64,000 nucleotides of DNA from an uncultured Candidatus Saccharibacteria bacterium (GTDB lineage Bacteria > Patescibacteriota > Doudnabacteria > UBA920 > 2-01-FULL-46-14), in the NCBI GenBank assembly GCA_964396685.1, contig CAYNFS010000003.1, positions 110 through 64,109 on the forward strand, given 5' to 3'. Shown in pieces: positions 19,121 to 28,956 of the stretch. The translations under genes and the position numbers were made by a program. Each line of letters opens with the position of its first letter. Position 1 is the stretch's first letter. The notes under the pieces are model-generated. The model was given only the letters and a program-made list of their open reading frames with translations, did no database searches and was not told the DNA's origin.

Positions 19121-19579
19121 TCAAATTTTGGCCCTAATCACTACTCTTCTCTCCGGTTCTTCGCCCTCACTGGTTGTTTCAATATCAGAATACTTCGAAA
19201 TTTCCGCATGCACAACTCTACGCTCGTAAGAAGACATTGGTTTTAGGTACAAAATTTCTTTAGTTTCTCGCACTCGCTCGGCCGCTTGCCTTGCCAGCTC
19301 TTGCAAATACTCCACTCGGCTTTTTTTGTAGCCTTCTACATCGACAACAAAGGGCACGGTTTCCGGCAACTGCTTGTGCACCAAAACCCTTGCCAGATAT
19401 TGCAGGGCGGCGAGGTTGTTCCCGTGGTTGCCGATCAATATTCCTGAATCTGAAGTCTTGATATTAAAAAACAAGGTTTCTTCGGAAACCCCTGTCTCTA
19501 TCTCCGCACTCACACCCATGTTCTCTAGAAGTTCGCGCAAGACTTTTTTGATAAGCTCCTGCTGTTCCTCGCTCATGTT
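19121..19579 (-). CDS. Jag/KhpB-type RNA-binding protein (KH + R3H)
   Basis: MSEEQQELIKKVLRELLENMGVSAEIE... and a C-terminal R3H-like MSSYERRVVHAEISKYSDIETTSEGEEPERRVVI. Its position next to yidC is conserved. Confidence 0.8.
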   Translation of the reverse strand, partial: NMSEEQQELIKKVLRELLENMGVSAEIETGVSEETLFFNIKTSDSGILIGNHGNNLAALQYLARVLVHKQLPETVPFVVDVEGYKKSRVEYLQELARQAAERVRETKEILYLKPMSSYERRVVHAEISKYSDIETTSEGEEPERRVVIRAKI

Positions 19580-20262
19580 TTCTTCATTATATAGTACTGC
19601 TGGCCAATGGCAAAGAGGGTGGTTACGACCCAATAAAGCGAAAGGCCGGCCGGCAACTGCCAGGCGATAAATACCGTGATGATCGGCATAAGATAAGTCA
19701 TCTGTGCCGACATCATGGCCGAGGTTTTGTCAGAAGTTTTTGGTCTTGCGGGAGCCATCATTTTGGACTGAATAAACTGGAAGCCGCCGGCGAGAATTGC
19801 CAACACATAACTTGGTGTGCTCAATTCCAGAACTCCTAAAAAGTTCGTATTGATTGCCCCCGGGTTTGCCACAAAAGGATAAAGCTCGGCGGCTACATCT
19901 CCGTTAAGCCCTGTCAAAAAAACGCGGTAAAGCGCGATCAAAATGGGCAATTGCACCAGAAGCGGAAGACAGGAAGAAAACGGGTTTACTTTCTTTTGCT
20001 GGTAAAACTCCATAATTGCCTTGGTCTGCGCTTCTTTGTTATCCTTGTGTTTTTCTCTAATTTCATCCAGATGCGGCTGCAGCTGTTGCAGCTCTTTCTG
20101 GGAGCGAAGAGACTTCTGGAAAGAAGGAACCAACATTATTCTAACCAGCAATGTCAACGCAACAATCGCCAGCCCCATATCATGCCAGGGGATTACATTG
20201 TAAAACCAAATGAGGACATTAAGCAGGGGTTTAGTGAGGATGAGATGAAAAAAATCGCCCAT
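19573..20262 (-). CDS. yidC: membrane protein insertase YidC (short form)
   Basis: PLLNVLIWFYN...GLAIVALTLLVRIMLVPSFQKSLRSQKELQQLQP...NPFSSCLPLLVQLPILIALYRVF. Confidence 0.9.
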   Translation of the reverse strand: MGDFFHLILTKPLLNVLIWFYNVIPWHDMGLAIVALTLLVRIMLVPSFQKSLRSQKELQQLQPHLDEIREKHKDNKEAQTKAIMEFYQQKKVNPFSSCLPLLVQLPILIALYRVFLTGLNGDVAAELYPFVANPGAINTNFLGVLELSTPSYVLAILAGGFQFIQSKMMAPARPKTSDKTSAMMSAQMTYLMPIITVFIAWQLPAGLSLYWVVTTLFAIGQQYYIMKKT

Positions 20263-20273
20263 GGTTTAGTTCG

Positions 20274-20510
20274 TTAGTTGACTGGGTCGTACTTCGGGGC
20301 GGCAAAGGGATTGCATCGTAAAATTCTCGCAAACCCTCTGGCCATGCCGCGAAAAAAGCCGTGTTTTTTCATGGCTTCCTTTACAAACTCGGAACAGGTC
20401 GGCGAATATCTGCAATATCCGTAAGGAAACCGCACTTTTCCCCAAAAACTGTGGTCCGGCGAGAGGATGGCTTGATAAATTTCAATAAGTTTAACTAAAA
20501 CGCTTGTCAT
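20274..20510 (-). CDS. yidD: membrane protein insertion efficiency factor YidD
   Basis: 78 aa, CRYSPTCSEFVKEAMKKHGFFRG... is the YidD/haemolytic-domain signature. Confidence 0.8.
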   Translation of the reverse strand: MTSVLVKLIEIYQAILSPDHSFWGKVRFPYGYCRYSPTCSEFVKEAMKKHGFFRGMARGFARILRCNPFAAPKYDPVN

Positions 20511-20854
20511 ATTTTTATAATTCTCCCCCTTTTTAGCAAATTTTCTAGTTCTTTCCGAATTTCCCCCCCCTCCAGACGCAAAATTCCGGGGCGCCCATGA
20601 AAAACAACTTCAAATCCCGGCTGAATTTCAGATTTAAGCTTCGCGATGTGGGCTCTTAAAATCCGCTTAATTCGATTACGGGCGGCAATTTTCCTTGCCT
20701 GCTTCTTGGAGATAACAAAACCAAAGCGCGAAGCGTTTTGGTTTTTCTTGCTGGCATAAAAAATCCGCAGGTTGGGTGAAGAAAGTCTTTCCCCATTTTT
20801 GTAAATTTGCGCAAATTCCCGCGACTTGACTAAACGCAAAACTTTTGGCAACAT
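20507..20854 (-). CDS. rnpA: ribonuclease P protein component
   Basis: MLPKVLRLVKSREFAQIYKNGERLSSPNLRIFY...RNRIKRILRA. Typical RnpA, positioned between rpmH and yidD. Confidence 0.85.
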   Translation of the reverse strand: MLPKVLRLVKSREFAQIYKNGERLSSPNLRIFYASKKNQNASRFGFVISKKQARKIAARNRIKRILRAHIAKLKSEIQPGFEVVFHGRPGILRLEGGEIRKELENLLKRGRIIKI

Positions 20855-20860
20855 GCAAAA

Positions 20861-20995
20861 TCAAACACTTAGCCGTCTGCGGCCTTTCTGCCTTCTTCGG
20901 GAAAGAACTCGCGCTCCCGTCCGGGTTTTCATGCGCGCCCGAAACCCATGCCTTCTTTTGCGGTGTTTTCTTTTGGGCTGGTAAGTTCGCTTCAT
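20861..20995 (-). CDS. rpmH: 50S ribosomal protein L34
   Basis: The minus-strand translation [44 protein letters not shown] is an almost invariant L34. Not in the ORF track because of its small size; located by hand. Confidence 0.85.
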   Translation of the reverse strand: MKRTYQPKRKHRKRRHGFRARMKTRTGARVLSRRRQKGRRRLSV

Positions 20996-21181
20996 TCCAA
21001 ATTGCTATTATAACCCCTAAACAGTTTAATTTACTTGCTAATTATATCTTCGCCGTAATCGAAAGTCAATCTTTCCTAAATTGTTAAGAGCTTTTACACA
21101 AGTTATCTACAGAACATTGATTTTTTTGCTTAACATTGGGAAAAATCCTCAATTTTACATGTTGATAACCCTTCTGTTAAA
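20996..21181. promoter_or_regulatory. candidate oriC / dnaA promoter region
   Basis: rpmH-dnaA intergenic region with the strand switch of flanking genes. DnaA-box-like TTATCTACA (21103-21111) and TGTTGATAA (21160-21168, reverse TTATCAACA), plus an AT-rich stretch at 21110-21150. Confidence 0.4.
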
Positions 21182-22564
21182 ATGCAACCTATGAGTAGTC
21201 TCAAACAAATCTGGCAAGCGGTCTTGGGAAATTTAGAACTTTCGTTATCCAAGGCCAATTTTACTACTTGGTTTAAAAATACCTCTGTTCTTGAGCATGG
21301 GATAGATAAAATTGTAATTGGCGTCCCCAATACTTTCACCAAAGAGTGGCTGATGAACAAATACCATCAGGAAATTCTCAAAGCCGTCCGGGCAATAAAT
21401 CCCGAAATCAAGCAGGTTGAGTATCAAATTATTAACCGGTTCGTCCCGCAAGCCGAAGCTTCAGGGCATGCCGTCACCGCGGCTTTCCGCGTCCAGCCCT
21501 CTTCGGCCAGCCCCCAGCCGAAAAATAGCCTCGCTTTAAATGGGGGGCTTAACCCCAAATATACCTTCCAAAACTTCATTATTGGCAGCAACAACGAGTT
21601 GGCCGCGGCCGCCGCCCAAGCCGTAGCCAAAAATCCGGGCAAATCTTACAACCCCTTATTTATCTATGGGGGAGTTGGTTTGGGAAAAACTCACCTGATG
21701 CAGGCGATTGGGAATGAATTTCTCAAAAACAGGGAGAAAACAAAAATTCTTTATGCCGCTACCGAAAAATTTACCAATGAATTTATCCAAGCCGTGCGGG
21801 ACAATAAGGCAGAATCTTTTAAAAACCTTTACCGCAATGTAGATGTTCTGCTTATCGACGATATTCAGTTCTTGGCGGGAAAGGAACAAACCCAAGAAGA
21901 ATTTTTCCACACCTTCAATACTCTACACCAGACAAACAAGCAAATTGTTCTTTCCTCCGACCGCCTGCCTAAGGACATCCCCGCCATTGAAGAGCGCCTA
22001 GTGTCCCGCTTTGAGTGGGGGATGATTGCCGACGTCCAGCCCCCCGATTTTGAAACCCGGCTCGCTATTTTGCGTTCCAAAGCAAGGGAGCGTGGCTATG
22101 ATGTTGACCCCGCCGTTTTGGAGTATATTGCTCAAACTGTTGAAAACAACATCCGCGAACTAGAAGGCTCCCTTAATAGACTGATGGTTTATTGCCAATT
22201 AAACAATTCTCAACCTTCTTTGGAGAAAGTCAAAGACGCTCTGTCTAGCATTATTTTCTCTCCCAAGCGGCGCGGTGTTTCTGCCAAGAAAGTCATGGAG
22301 ATTGTTTCGGATTTCTACAATGTCTCTTTGGATGATCTAACCCGCCAGTCACGCAAAAAAGAGTATGTTGGTCCAAGACAGATGGCAATGTATATAATTA
22401 GGAAAGAGCTCCAAACAAGCCTGCCAATGATTGGAGAAATTTTTGGGGGCCGTGACCACACAACTGTAATTCATGCTATTGATAAAATTCAATCCCTGAT
22501 AAAAAATAAAGAAGTTGTCAAACAGGAAGTAAGCCTTCTTGTCAACCGTATTTATGCGGATTAG
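21182..22564 (+). CDS. dnaA: chromosomal replication initiator DnaA
   Basis: AAA+ Walker A GGVGLGKTHLMQAIGNE, sensor motifs and the C-terminal DnaA-box-binding domain (MAMYIIRKELQTSLPMIGEIFGGRDHTTVIHAIDKI). Confidence 0.95.
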   Translation: MQPMSSLKQIWQAVLGNLELSLSKANFTTWFKNTSVLEHGIDKIVIGVPNTFTKEWLMNKYHQEILKAVRAINPEIKQVEYQIINRFVPQAEASGHAVTAAFRVQPSSASPQPKNSLALNGGLNPKYTFQNFIIGSNNELAAAAAQAVAKNPGKSYNPLFIYGGVGLGKTHLMQAIGNEFLKNREKTKILYAATEKFTNEFIQAVRDNKAESFKNLYRNVDVLLIDDIQFLAGKEQTQEEFFHTFNTLHQTNKQIVLSSDRLPKDIPAIEERLVSRFEWGMIADVQPPDFETRLAILRSKARERGYDVDPAVLEYIAQTVENNIRELEGSLNRLMVYCQLNNSQPSLEKVKDALSSIIFSPKRRGVSAKKVMEIVSDFYNVSLDDLTRQSRKKEYVGPRQMAMYIIRKELQTSLPMIGEIFGGRDHTTVIHAIDKIQSLIKNKEVVKQEVSLLVNRIYAD

Positions 22565-22765
22565 TTTATGATATACTGGGGACTACCCCTGGACAACTCC
22601 TTCTTTTTTTCCAATTCAAACCCGTCCTCCACTAATCTTCAACAAACCATCAACACAAAATCTTATTTCCTTTTTTAGAATTCCCCCAATCCCAAGGAGA
22701 ATTTCTCGTTTACAACATTTCCCCACCCTCTACTGTTATTATTAATTTTATTTTTAGAAATAATT

Positions 22766-23860
22766 ATGAAAATAATATGCACCCAAAAAAATTTACACCA
22801 AGGGTTGACCTACACAACAAGAATAATAAATAGCGGGGCGGCCCTGCCTGTTCTAAACAACATTTTGTTTAAAACAGACCAAGGAAGACTGAAAATTTCA
22901 GCAACAAACCTGGAAATTGCCGTAAACACTTGGGTGGGGGGAAAAATTGAAGAAGAGGGCGAGCTAACCATCCCAGCAAAACCTATAAATGAGTACATTG
23001 CAAGCCTTCCAGCAGAAAGAATTGTCATTTCTGCCCAGAACGAAACAATGAAGTTGGCGGGAGAGAATACAGAAACACACATCAAAGGCCTTCCAGCAGA
23101 AGAATTTCCCCTCATTCCCAGAGTGGAGGGAGAAGTATACGGAAAGGTGAATGGAAAAGATTTAAAGTTGGCGATTTCAGAAGTAGCTTACGCCACAGCA
23201 TTCTCAGAGACCCAGCCAGAAATTTCGGGAGTTTTGTTTAGATTTGAAGAGAAGACTTTAACCCTTGCCGCCACCGACCGGTACCGGCTTGCGGAAAAGA
23301 AACTTCCCCTTTCAGGTGAGGGGGTTTCTGCAAGGCAAATAATTATTCCTGCGAGAGCGGTTGGTGAAATTGGAAGAATCATGGGAGAAGGAGAAGTAGA
23401 AATTTTTCTGACAGAAAGTCAGGCGTGTTTTAGAGCCGATGCTATTGAACTTATCACCAGGCTTATCGACGGCCAATACCCAGATTATAAACAGATAGTC
23501 CCCAAAAGTTTCACAACCGAAGTTAAAATAAACCGCCCCAAGTTTGTGCAGTCTCTAAAAGCAACAAGCGTTTTTGCCTCCGACACCAACAACGTGGAGT
23601 TTTTTGTGAACCCGGCAAGCAAGGAGCTCGTCATTAAGTCCCAGTCAAGCCAAATCGGGGATAGCGAAATTCATTTGGGGGTTGAGGGTGAAGGGGAAAA
23701 AAATTCAATCATTTTCAATTATCGCTATCTCCTCGAGTGTTTGAATAATTTGACAGATGAGGAAGTTAATCTTCGTCTCATTTCGCCTTCTTCGCCGGCA
23801 GAAATCATTCCGGCGGGGCGGGAAGATTATCTCTATCTTGTTATGCCGATAAAAATTTAA
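22766..23860 (+). CDS. dnaN: DNA polymerase III beta sliding clamp
   Basis: 364 aa with three-domain clamp architecture, immediately after dnaA. Ends ...DYLYLVMPIKI. Confidence 0.9.
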   Translation: MKIICTQKNLHQGLTYTTRIINSGAALPVLNNILFKTDQGRLKISATNLEIAVNTWVGGKIEEEGELTIPAKPINEYIASLPAERIVISAQNETMKLAGENTETHIKGLPAEEFPLIPRVEGEVYGKVNGKDLKLAISEVAYATAFSETQPEISGVLFRFEEKTLTLAATDRYRLAEKKLPLSGEGVSARQIIIPARAVGEIGRIMGEGEVEIFLTESQACFRADAIELITRLIDGQYPDYKQIVPKSFTTEVKINRPKFVQSLKATSVFASDTNNVEFFVNPASKELVIKSQSSQIGDSEIHLGVEGEGEKNSIIFNYRYLLECLNNLTDEEVNLRLISPSSPAEIIPAGREDYLYLVMPIKI

Positions 23861-24960
23861 TGTTTGTCTCACGGGTTTCTTATGAAAACTTCCGGAATTT
23901 CCCAAGCCTTGATTTGACCCTTGATCAAGGCTTTGTAATTTTGACTGGTGAAAATGGGGCGGGGAAAACTAACTTTTTGGAAGGAATTTATTTTGGAGCA
24001 GGACTGCGACGCTTTCCCGAGAGCAAACTCCCACAACTTGTGAGAGAAGGGGAGGTTTTTAGCAAAATCAAAATTTCTTCCAGGAACAAGGAAGAGCAAA
24101 ATCAGGAATTGGTGGTGGAGAGAAAGGCTCAAGAAGAGGGGGGAATTTTAAAATTAAAAATCAACAGCCAACCAGCGCTCCGGATAAGTTATACGGCTAT
24201 TTTGCCGGTGATAAGCTTCCTCCCTCAAGATTTAAGTCTTCTTACCAGGTCGCCTGGCGGAAGGCGGCGCTTTTTAAATGAAACCTTATCCTCAAGCTTT
24301 CCCGAATATCGCCTAGCCCAAACCCATTACCAGAAAGCGCTTAAACAACGAAACGAGCTTCTTGCGAAAATTCGCAACGGCGATGCCTTGAGAGAAGAGC
24401 TTGAGATTTGGGATGAAAAACTTGCAGAGACAGGCAGCACAATCACCAAATTTCGAGAAGAGTTTTTTAGCTATTGCAACCAACACCTCGCGGAGATAAT
24501 GGAAGAGGTTTCTGCCGATCTTTTGTCAAGCAAGCTTGGTTTTTCCCCTGGCGGGAATTCGGACAGGAACGAGTTTTTGAAGCTGCTTCGAAGCTCCCAG
24601 GTCCAGGATTTGCGTCTGGCAAACACCATGGTCGGGCCGCATCGAGATGATTTTTCGGTTTTTTTGGGGCGCAAAGAAGCGGTCGGATATCTTTCCCGAG
24701 GCCAGATGCGGAGCTTAACTTTGGCCTTGAAAATCTTAGAAAGGAATTATTTTGAAAAACACCGGAAAACAATTCCCATTATGCTTTTCGATGACGTTTT
24801 TTCGGAATTTGACAGTCACCATCAGCGGCGGCTGGCAAGCTTTTTAGCAAACTTTAAGCAGCCATTTTTGACAACAACACACCCCGAAGAGATCAAAGCG
24901 TTTCTGCCTGAAATTGCCCAGATTTTTAATGTTGACAAAGGAAAGGTTAGCAGTGTTTGA
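23860..24960 (+). CDS. recF: DNA replication and repair protein RecF
   Basis: Walker A ILTGENGAGKTNFLEGIYF and a C-terminal Walker B/signature region. dnaA-dnaN-recF synteny. Confidence 0.9.
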   Translation: MFVSRVSYENFRNFPSLDLTLDQGFVILTGENGAGKTNFLEGIYFGAGLRRFPESKLPQLVREGEVFSKIKISSRNKEEQNQELVVERKAQEEGGILKLKINSQPALRISYTAILPVISFLPQDLSLLTRSPGGRRRFLNETLSSSFPEYRLAQTHYQKALKQRNELLAKIRNGDALREELEIWDEKLAETGSTITKFREEFFSYCNQHLAEIMEEVSADLLSSKLGFSPGGNSDRNEFLKLLRSSQVQDLRLANTMVGPHRDDFSVFLGRKEAVGYLSRGQMRSLTLALKILERNYFEKHRKTIPIMLFDDVFSEFDSHHQRRLASFLANFKQPFLTTTHPEEIKAFLPEIAQIFNVDKGKVSSV

Positions 24961-25243
24961 CAAACTTTCCAACGCACTCAAGGCCAAGCTCGACCGCAAA
25001 GGCGAACTTTCGCGCCAGATCGCGATTATCAAGGTTTTCGATCTTTATAAAAAAGAGCTTGACAGAATTTTCCCTGATGGACACAAAACAACACCCGTGA
25101 GTTTGAAAAGCAAAATTCTAACAGTAAAGACAATGAGCGCGGTAATGGCCAACGAGTTAAGGTTTCGGGAGAAAGAGATTTTGGAGCAAATCAACTCTTC
25201 GTTTAAAAATGAAGCCGTAAAAAGAGTAGTTTATCAGTTCTGA
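24929..25243 (+). CDS. DUF721-type small protein downstream of recF
   Basis: About 105 aa, overlapping the recF 3' end. Position and size are typical of the DUF721/YaaA-like gene that follows recF. No strong motif was read. Confidence 0.4.
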   Translation: MLTKERLAVFDKLSNALKAKLDRKGELSRQIAIIKVFDLYKKELDRIFPDGHKTTPVSLKSKILTVKTMSAVMANELRFREKEILEQINSSFKNEAVKRVVYQF

Positions 25244-25247
25244 TTTC

Positions 25248-26345
25248 CTAAAATATCAAATTTTCAAAACCGGCGAGCATAGATTCTTCGGAAAACCTTT
25301 GGGCTTTCACGGAAGTTTTTTTTCTAAATTCCTCGTAAAAAAGAAGATCTCTCAATTGAATCAAAACAGCTGACCACATTGCCGGCTCATTCGGTTCTAT
25401 TAAGAAGCCGGATTTTTTGTCTTCAATCATTTCTGGCAGCGCCCCGATTTCCGAGCCAACCACAGGTACTCCCCTTGCCGCGGCTTCTAGCACAGCGACA
25501 CCGAACGCCTCCGGGACCTTGGTTGGGTAGACAAAGACCGAGATCTGCAAAAAAAATTCATCCAAATCATTCACAAACCCTAAGAGTTTAATCTGGTTTT
25601 CGAGATGATAATTACTGATTAGGAATTCTATTTTTTGCCTTTCTTCTCCTTCTCCCCCAATTATAATTTTCCAATCGGGGTGGTCTTTGAGAGTGGGCAG
25701 AATTGTTTGGAAAAAATCCAGCACTCCTTTTTCCGGGGCAAGGCGGGAGAGAAGGCCAATAGTAAAAAAGGTTTTAGGTAACAGCTTATGGCTTATCGCA
25801 TCGACGCCAGGATAAATTACTTTGATGGTTTTTTTGAGGATGCCGAGTTTTACAAACTCTTGCATGGCGAAGTTGGAGACGGTGACAAGCTCAATACGTC
25901 TGGCAAGTTTTAGGTAGTGCGATTTTAAGGGATTGAGTTTTAGCCAGCGGCCGGGAATTTTGTGTTCCAGCCAAACTATTTTAGATTTTTGATTTAAGAT
26001 TTCAGATTGAAGAATGAGCGGGGAGAGAATTAGTTTCTCGGTCAAACTTTGCATGAAGAATGTGGCACCAGGGGAAATTTGTTTTACGAGTTTGCGAAAT
26101 TTGTATCCGGCAATCAGGTAGGTAAGCGGCCATAAAAAAAGCGACAATTTGCTGGTTGGTTCCCAGCCAACAAAGAGACGCTGGCGCGGCAATCGGTGTT
26201 TTTCAAAAAGCCGAAAAAGTTTAGCATCCGAGGTTATAAGCTTGACAGCATGTCCCAAACTTTGGAAATGTTTGGCGAGCTTTAATGTGTGAAACTCTGC
26301 TCCGCCCAAAGAATCTTGGAGCGGAAACTTGAAGAAAAAAATCAT
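25248..26345 (-). CDS. glycosyltransferase family 4 (GT-B fold)
   Basis: N-terminal GGAEFHTLKLAKHFQSLGH and the C-terminal EX7E-type region EAFGVAVLEAAARGVPVVGSEIGALPEMI. Confidence 0.8.
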   Translation of the reverse strand: MIFFFKFPLQDSLGGAEFHTLKLAKHFQSLGHAVKLITSDAKLFRLFEKHRLPRQRLFVGWEPTSKLSLFLWPLTYLIAGYKFRKLVKQISPGATFFMQSLTEKLILSPLILQSEILNQKSKIVWLEHKIPGRWLKLNPLKSHYLKLARRIELVTVSNFAMQEFVKLGILKKTIKVIYPGVDAISHKLLPKTFFTIGLLSRLAPEKGVLDFFQTILPTLKDHPDWKIIIGGEGEERQKIEFLISNYHLENQIKLLGFVNDLDEFFLQISVFVYPTKVPEAFGVAVLEAAARGVPVVGSEIGALPEMIEDKKSGFLIEPNEPAMWSAVLIQLRDLLFYEEFRKKTSVKAQRFSEESMLAGFENLIF

Positions 26346-27757
26346 TGCAGAAAAAGCAACTCCTTAACAATTTTTATTGGAATAGCCTTGAAGGCCGCAA
26401 GGATTAAGAGATAGACGATCCCGCCCAAAAGCAATTCCCAAATCCAGAAAAACTTAGCAAGAGCAAAAAATATGACAAGCCCCGCCGCCGCCGGCAAGGC
26501 CAGAGGCAAGAGCCGAAAGGAAACATGGGAGCCGCTGGCTTTTCTTACCAAAAAATATGCGAAAAGAGTAACCACAATTTCGCTTGCCACCGTACCCCAG
26601 GCCGCTCCCCAGTAGCTAAACTTCGGGATTAAGGCAAAATAGAGAACAAGACCGGTGGCAGCGCCCAGAAGATAGCCTTTGATCATGGTTTTTTGTTTAT
26701 TAACCGCCACCACGGCATAGCCAAACAGGGTGCCAAAAAATATCGTAACCGCGGCCAGAACCAGGATCTTAAGAACCACAGAAGAATCTAAATATTGCCT
26801 TTCTCCTTTTAGCAAGTTAATGATATCTTGGGCGAAGAACTGAATAGAAATCAAAACCGGTATAGCCATTAAAAGCAGAGAGTCAAAAGCTTGCTGCAGA
26901 ATTTGCTTAAATTTTTCCCAGGAGACAAAAGCGCTTTGCGACAAAAGCGGCATAATGAGCCCCACGAACATGGCCGGGAAAGCCAGAAATCCTTCAAGCA
27001 ATTTGTATGGCAGGGAATAAATCCCGACTGCCTCCTCCGAATGAAACACGGAGAGGATAACCGTATCGGTTTTGAAATAAAGCAGATTCAAAAGTACGGC
27101 AAAGGTAAGCGGCCAGCTTGCCAGAAGGATCTGTTTCCAAACCATGAAATCAAAAGCGATTCCAAACCGTTCGTAGCGTTTGGCCCAAAAGAAAGTAAGG
27201 GAAAAATTTATCGCATTTCCCAAAAGCAACGCCAAAATAAAAAAAGGCAAGGGTAATAAAGTTTGAATAAAAAGATAAACCAAAAGAAGGTTGATTGCCC
27301 GGCCCGCGGTTTCAGAGAGGACGACGAGATACTGGACTAAATGTTTCTGAAAAACTCCGATCAAAACCTGATTTAATGAAACAAACAAAAAAGCCCCAAT
27401 CCCCAAGAACATGGTTTTTTTGACAACCGGATCATAAGGGAAGGCAAGGGCCAAAACAGCGCCAAAAAAAAGCATCGCCAGTGCTGTCGCAAAGCGCAGG
27501 CCTAAAGCATTGCTTAAAATTTTGGTTTTGTCAGTCCCGTCTTTCGAAATTTCCCGCAGAACAATGAGATAAAGCCCAAGGTCTGCCAAAGTAACAAACA
27601 CCCCCATAAACGCGATCACAGTGGAGTATTGGCCAAAGCCGGCCTCTGCCAGATAGCGGGAGAGCAGACTGATGGTAATAAGTCCTAAAACAGCGGCGCC
27701 GATTTTGCCCGCGGATTGGGCTATAGTATTGTAGAAAATTCTGCGCTCAAGAGACAT
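26342..27757 (-). CDS. polysaccharide/oligosaccharide flippase (Wzx-like, MOP superfamily)
   Basis: 471 aa with about 14 TM helices. The N-terminus MSLERRIFYNTIAQSAGKIGAAVLGLITISLLSRYL is typical of Wzx. Confidence 0.8.
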   Translation of the reverse strand: MSLERRIFYNTIAQSAGKIGAAVLGLITISLLSRYLAEAGFGQYSTVIAFMGVFVTLADLGLYLIVLREISKDGTDKTKILSNALGLRFATALAMLFFGAVLALAFPYDPVVKKTMFLGIGAFLFVSLNQVLIGVFQKHLVQYLVVLSETAGRAINLLLVYLFIQTLLPLPFFILALLLGNAINFSLTFFWAKRYERFGIAFDFMVWKQILLASWPLTFAVLLNLLYFKTDTVILSVFHSEEAVGIYSLPYKLLEGFLAFPAMFVGLIMPLLSQSAFVSWEKFKQILQQAFDSLLLMAIPVLISIQFFAQDIINLLKGERQYLDSSVVLKILVLAAVTIFFGTLFGYAVVAVNKQKTMIKGYLLGAATGLVLYFALIPKFSYWGAAWGTVASEIVVTLFAYFLVRKASGSHVSFRLLPLALPAAAGLVIFFALAKFFWIWELLLGGIVYLLILAAFKAIPIKIVKELLFLQ

Positions 27758-28208
27758 CTCTGATTTTCTTTACGAGTTCGCTTGAGCTTTGGGCTTTTTT
27801 GCCGCCAACATTGAAGACCATCTTGATTCCAAGCTCCCTGCAGGTGCCGATATCTTTGTAAAGCGAGGATTTAGGGTTGGCCGCGTCCATTTCGTTTCTG
27901 TCGCCGCCATTGGCGAAAATTTCCGGCCTGATTTTTTCAAGTTCGGCGCACACTGACATGTCGTCGGGGTTTTCCGGGTGCGATGTCAGAATCACTTCAT
28001 CAACATGGCGGATTGCCTCAAGCACGGCCTTGCGCTGCAGTTCGGGCATAAAAACATACCCCTTTTTCTTCTTGAGCCAGTGGTCGTTATTTAAAATCAC
28101 GACAAGGCGGTCGCCAAGTTTTTTGGCTTCTCTAAAAAGCTCAATATGGCCGACGTGCACGGGATCAAATCCTCCGGAAACCGCGACAACGAGGGGTTTT
28201 CTGCTCAT
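27747..28208 (-). CDS. cytidylyl/adenylyltransferase-like nucleotidyltransferase (HxGH)
   Basis: VAVSGGFDPVHVGHIELFREAKKLGD is a (T/H)xGH nucleotidyltransferase motif. Sits in a sugar-modification context. Confidence 0.7.
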   Translation of the reverse strand: MSRKPLVVAVSGGFDPVHVGHIELFREAKKLGDRLVVILNNDHWLKKKKGYVFMPELQRKAVLEAIRHVDEVILTSHPENPDDMSVCAELEKIRPEIFANGGDRNEMDAANPKSSLYKDIGTCRELGIKMVFNVGGKKAQSSSELVKKIRDVS

Positions 28209-28750
28209 TCCTGCACCACCTTCTTTTCAGCAGGAAGTTTTTCATAAAGATCCAAAATCAGCTTTTCTACGGCGTGAGGGTTTGGCACTTGGTCAAATTC
28301 AAAACGAGCGGTCTCTCCGGCAGTCTGGACATAGACATTGCCATAATCAAAGAGGTTGCCGAAAATTCCTTTGACCTCTGCGGTTACGTCTTGGATCCGC
28401 CCCAGATGCAACTCGGAAGTCGTATGGTGGAGCAAGTTTCTTTGTGTCACGTCCACAATGCGCTCGTTCGTGACAATCTGGTAATTGAGATAATAAAGGA
28501 TCCAGATAGTGAAAAGCCCCGCTAGCAGAAACATGAGGTAAACAGTTTTGACAAAATCGGCAATTTGCAGATACGGCTGCTGGTTTAATACCGGATAACG
28601 GGGGACGACATATCCGTCGTAGGCCAAAAGTAGGACCACAAAAATTAACCAAATCAAGATTTCTCGGGCCAGCACCGCCCAATGCCGGCGGGTGACTAGA
28701 TAAATTTTTTCATCGGCCTGCTGGCCTGGAAAAAAGGCCTTGATACTCAT
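28205..28750 (-). CDS. membrane protein with a bacterial PH (bPH_2/YdbS-like) domain
   Basis: Two N-terminal TM helices followed by a soluble domain; architecture resembles YdbS/YdbT. Confidence 0.45.
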   Translation of the reverse strand: MSIKAFFPGQQADEKIYLVTRRHWAVLAREILIWLIFVVLLLAYDGYVVPRYPVLNQQPYLQIADFVKTVYLMFLLAGLFTIWILYYLNYQIVTNERIVDVTQRNLLHHTTSELHLGRIQDVTAEVKGIFGNLFDYGNVYVQTAGETARFEFDQVPNPHAVEKLILDLYEKLPAEKKVVQE

Positions 28751-28956
28751 ATTTTGGGAAAGGAGATCTGGTTAAAGTTAGCAATGGCTGCCGCATAGAG
28801 GCTCGTTATCAAAATCAAATAAAAAGCCGATAACACCAGTCCCAAAACCTTGGATTTGCCGAAGCGTAAAAGCACGTAAACCATGAGCAGGCTGTAAAAT
28901 GCCAAGATCATCATCAGCCCGTAAAACAAGATTTGGACCAAAAGCTTAATAATCAT
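28747..28956 (-). CDS. small two-helix membrane protein, hypothetical
   Basis: 69 aa, highly hydrophobic, overlapping both neighbouring genes (a translationally coupled operon). Confidence 0.3.
   Translation of the reverse strand: MIIKLLVQILFYGLMMILAFYSLLMVYVLLRFGKSKVLGLVLSAFYLILITSLYAAAIANFNQISFPKI

Noticed and set aside
20845-21087. Plus-strand 80-aa ORF
   Set aside because: It lies antisense to the highly conserved rpmH (L34) gene, so it is spurious.
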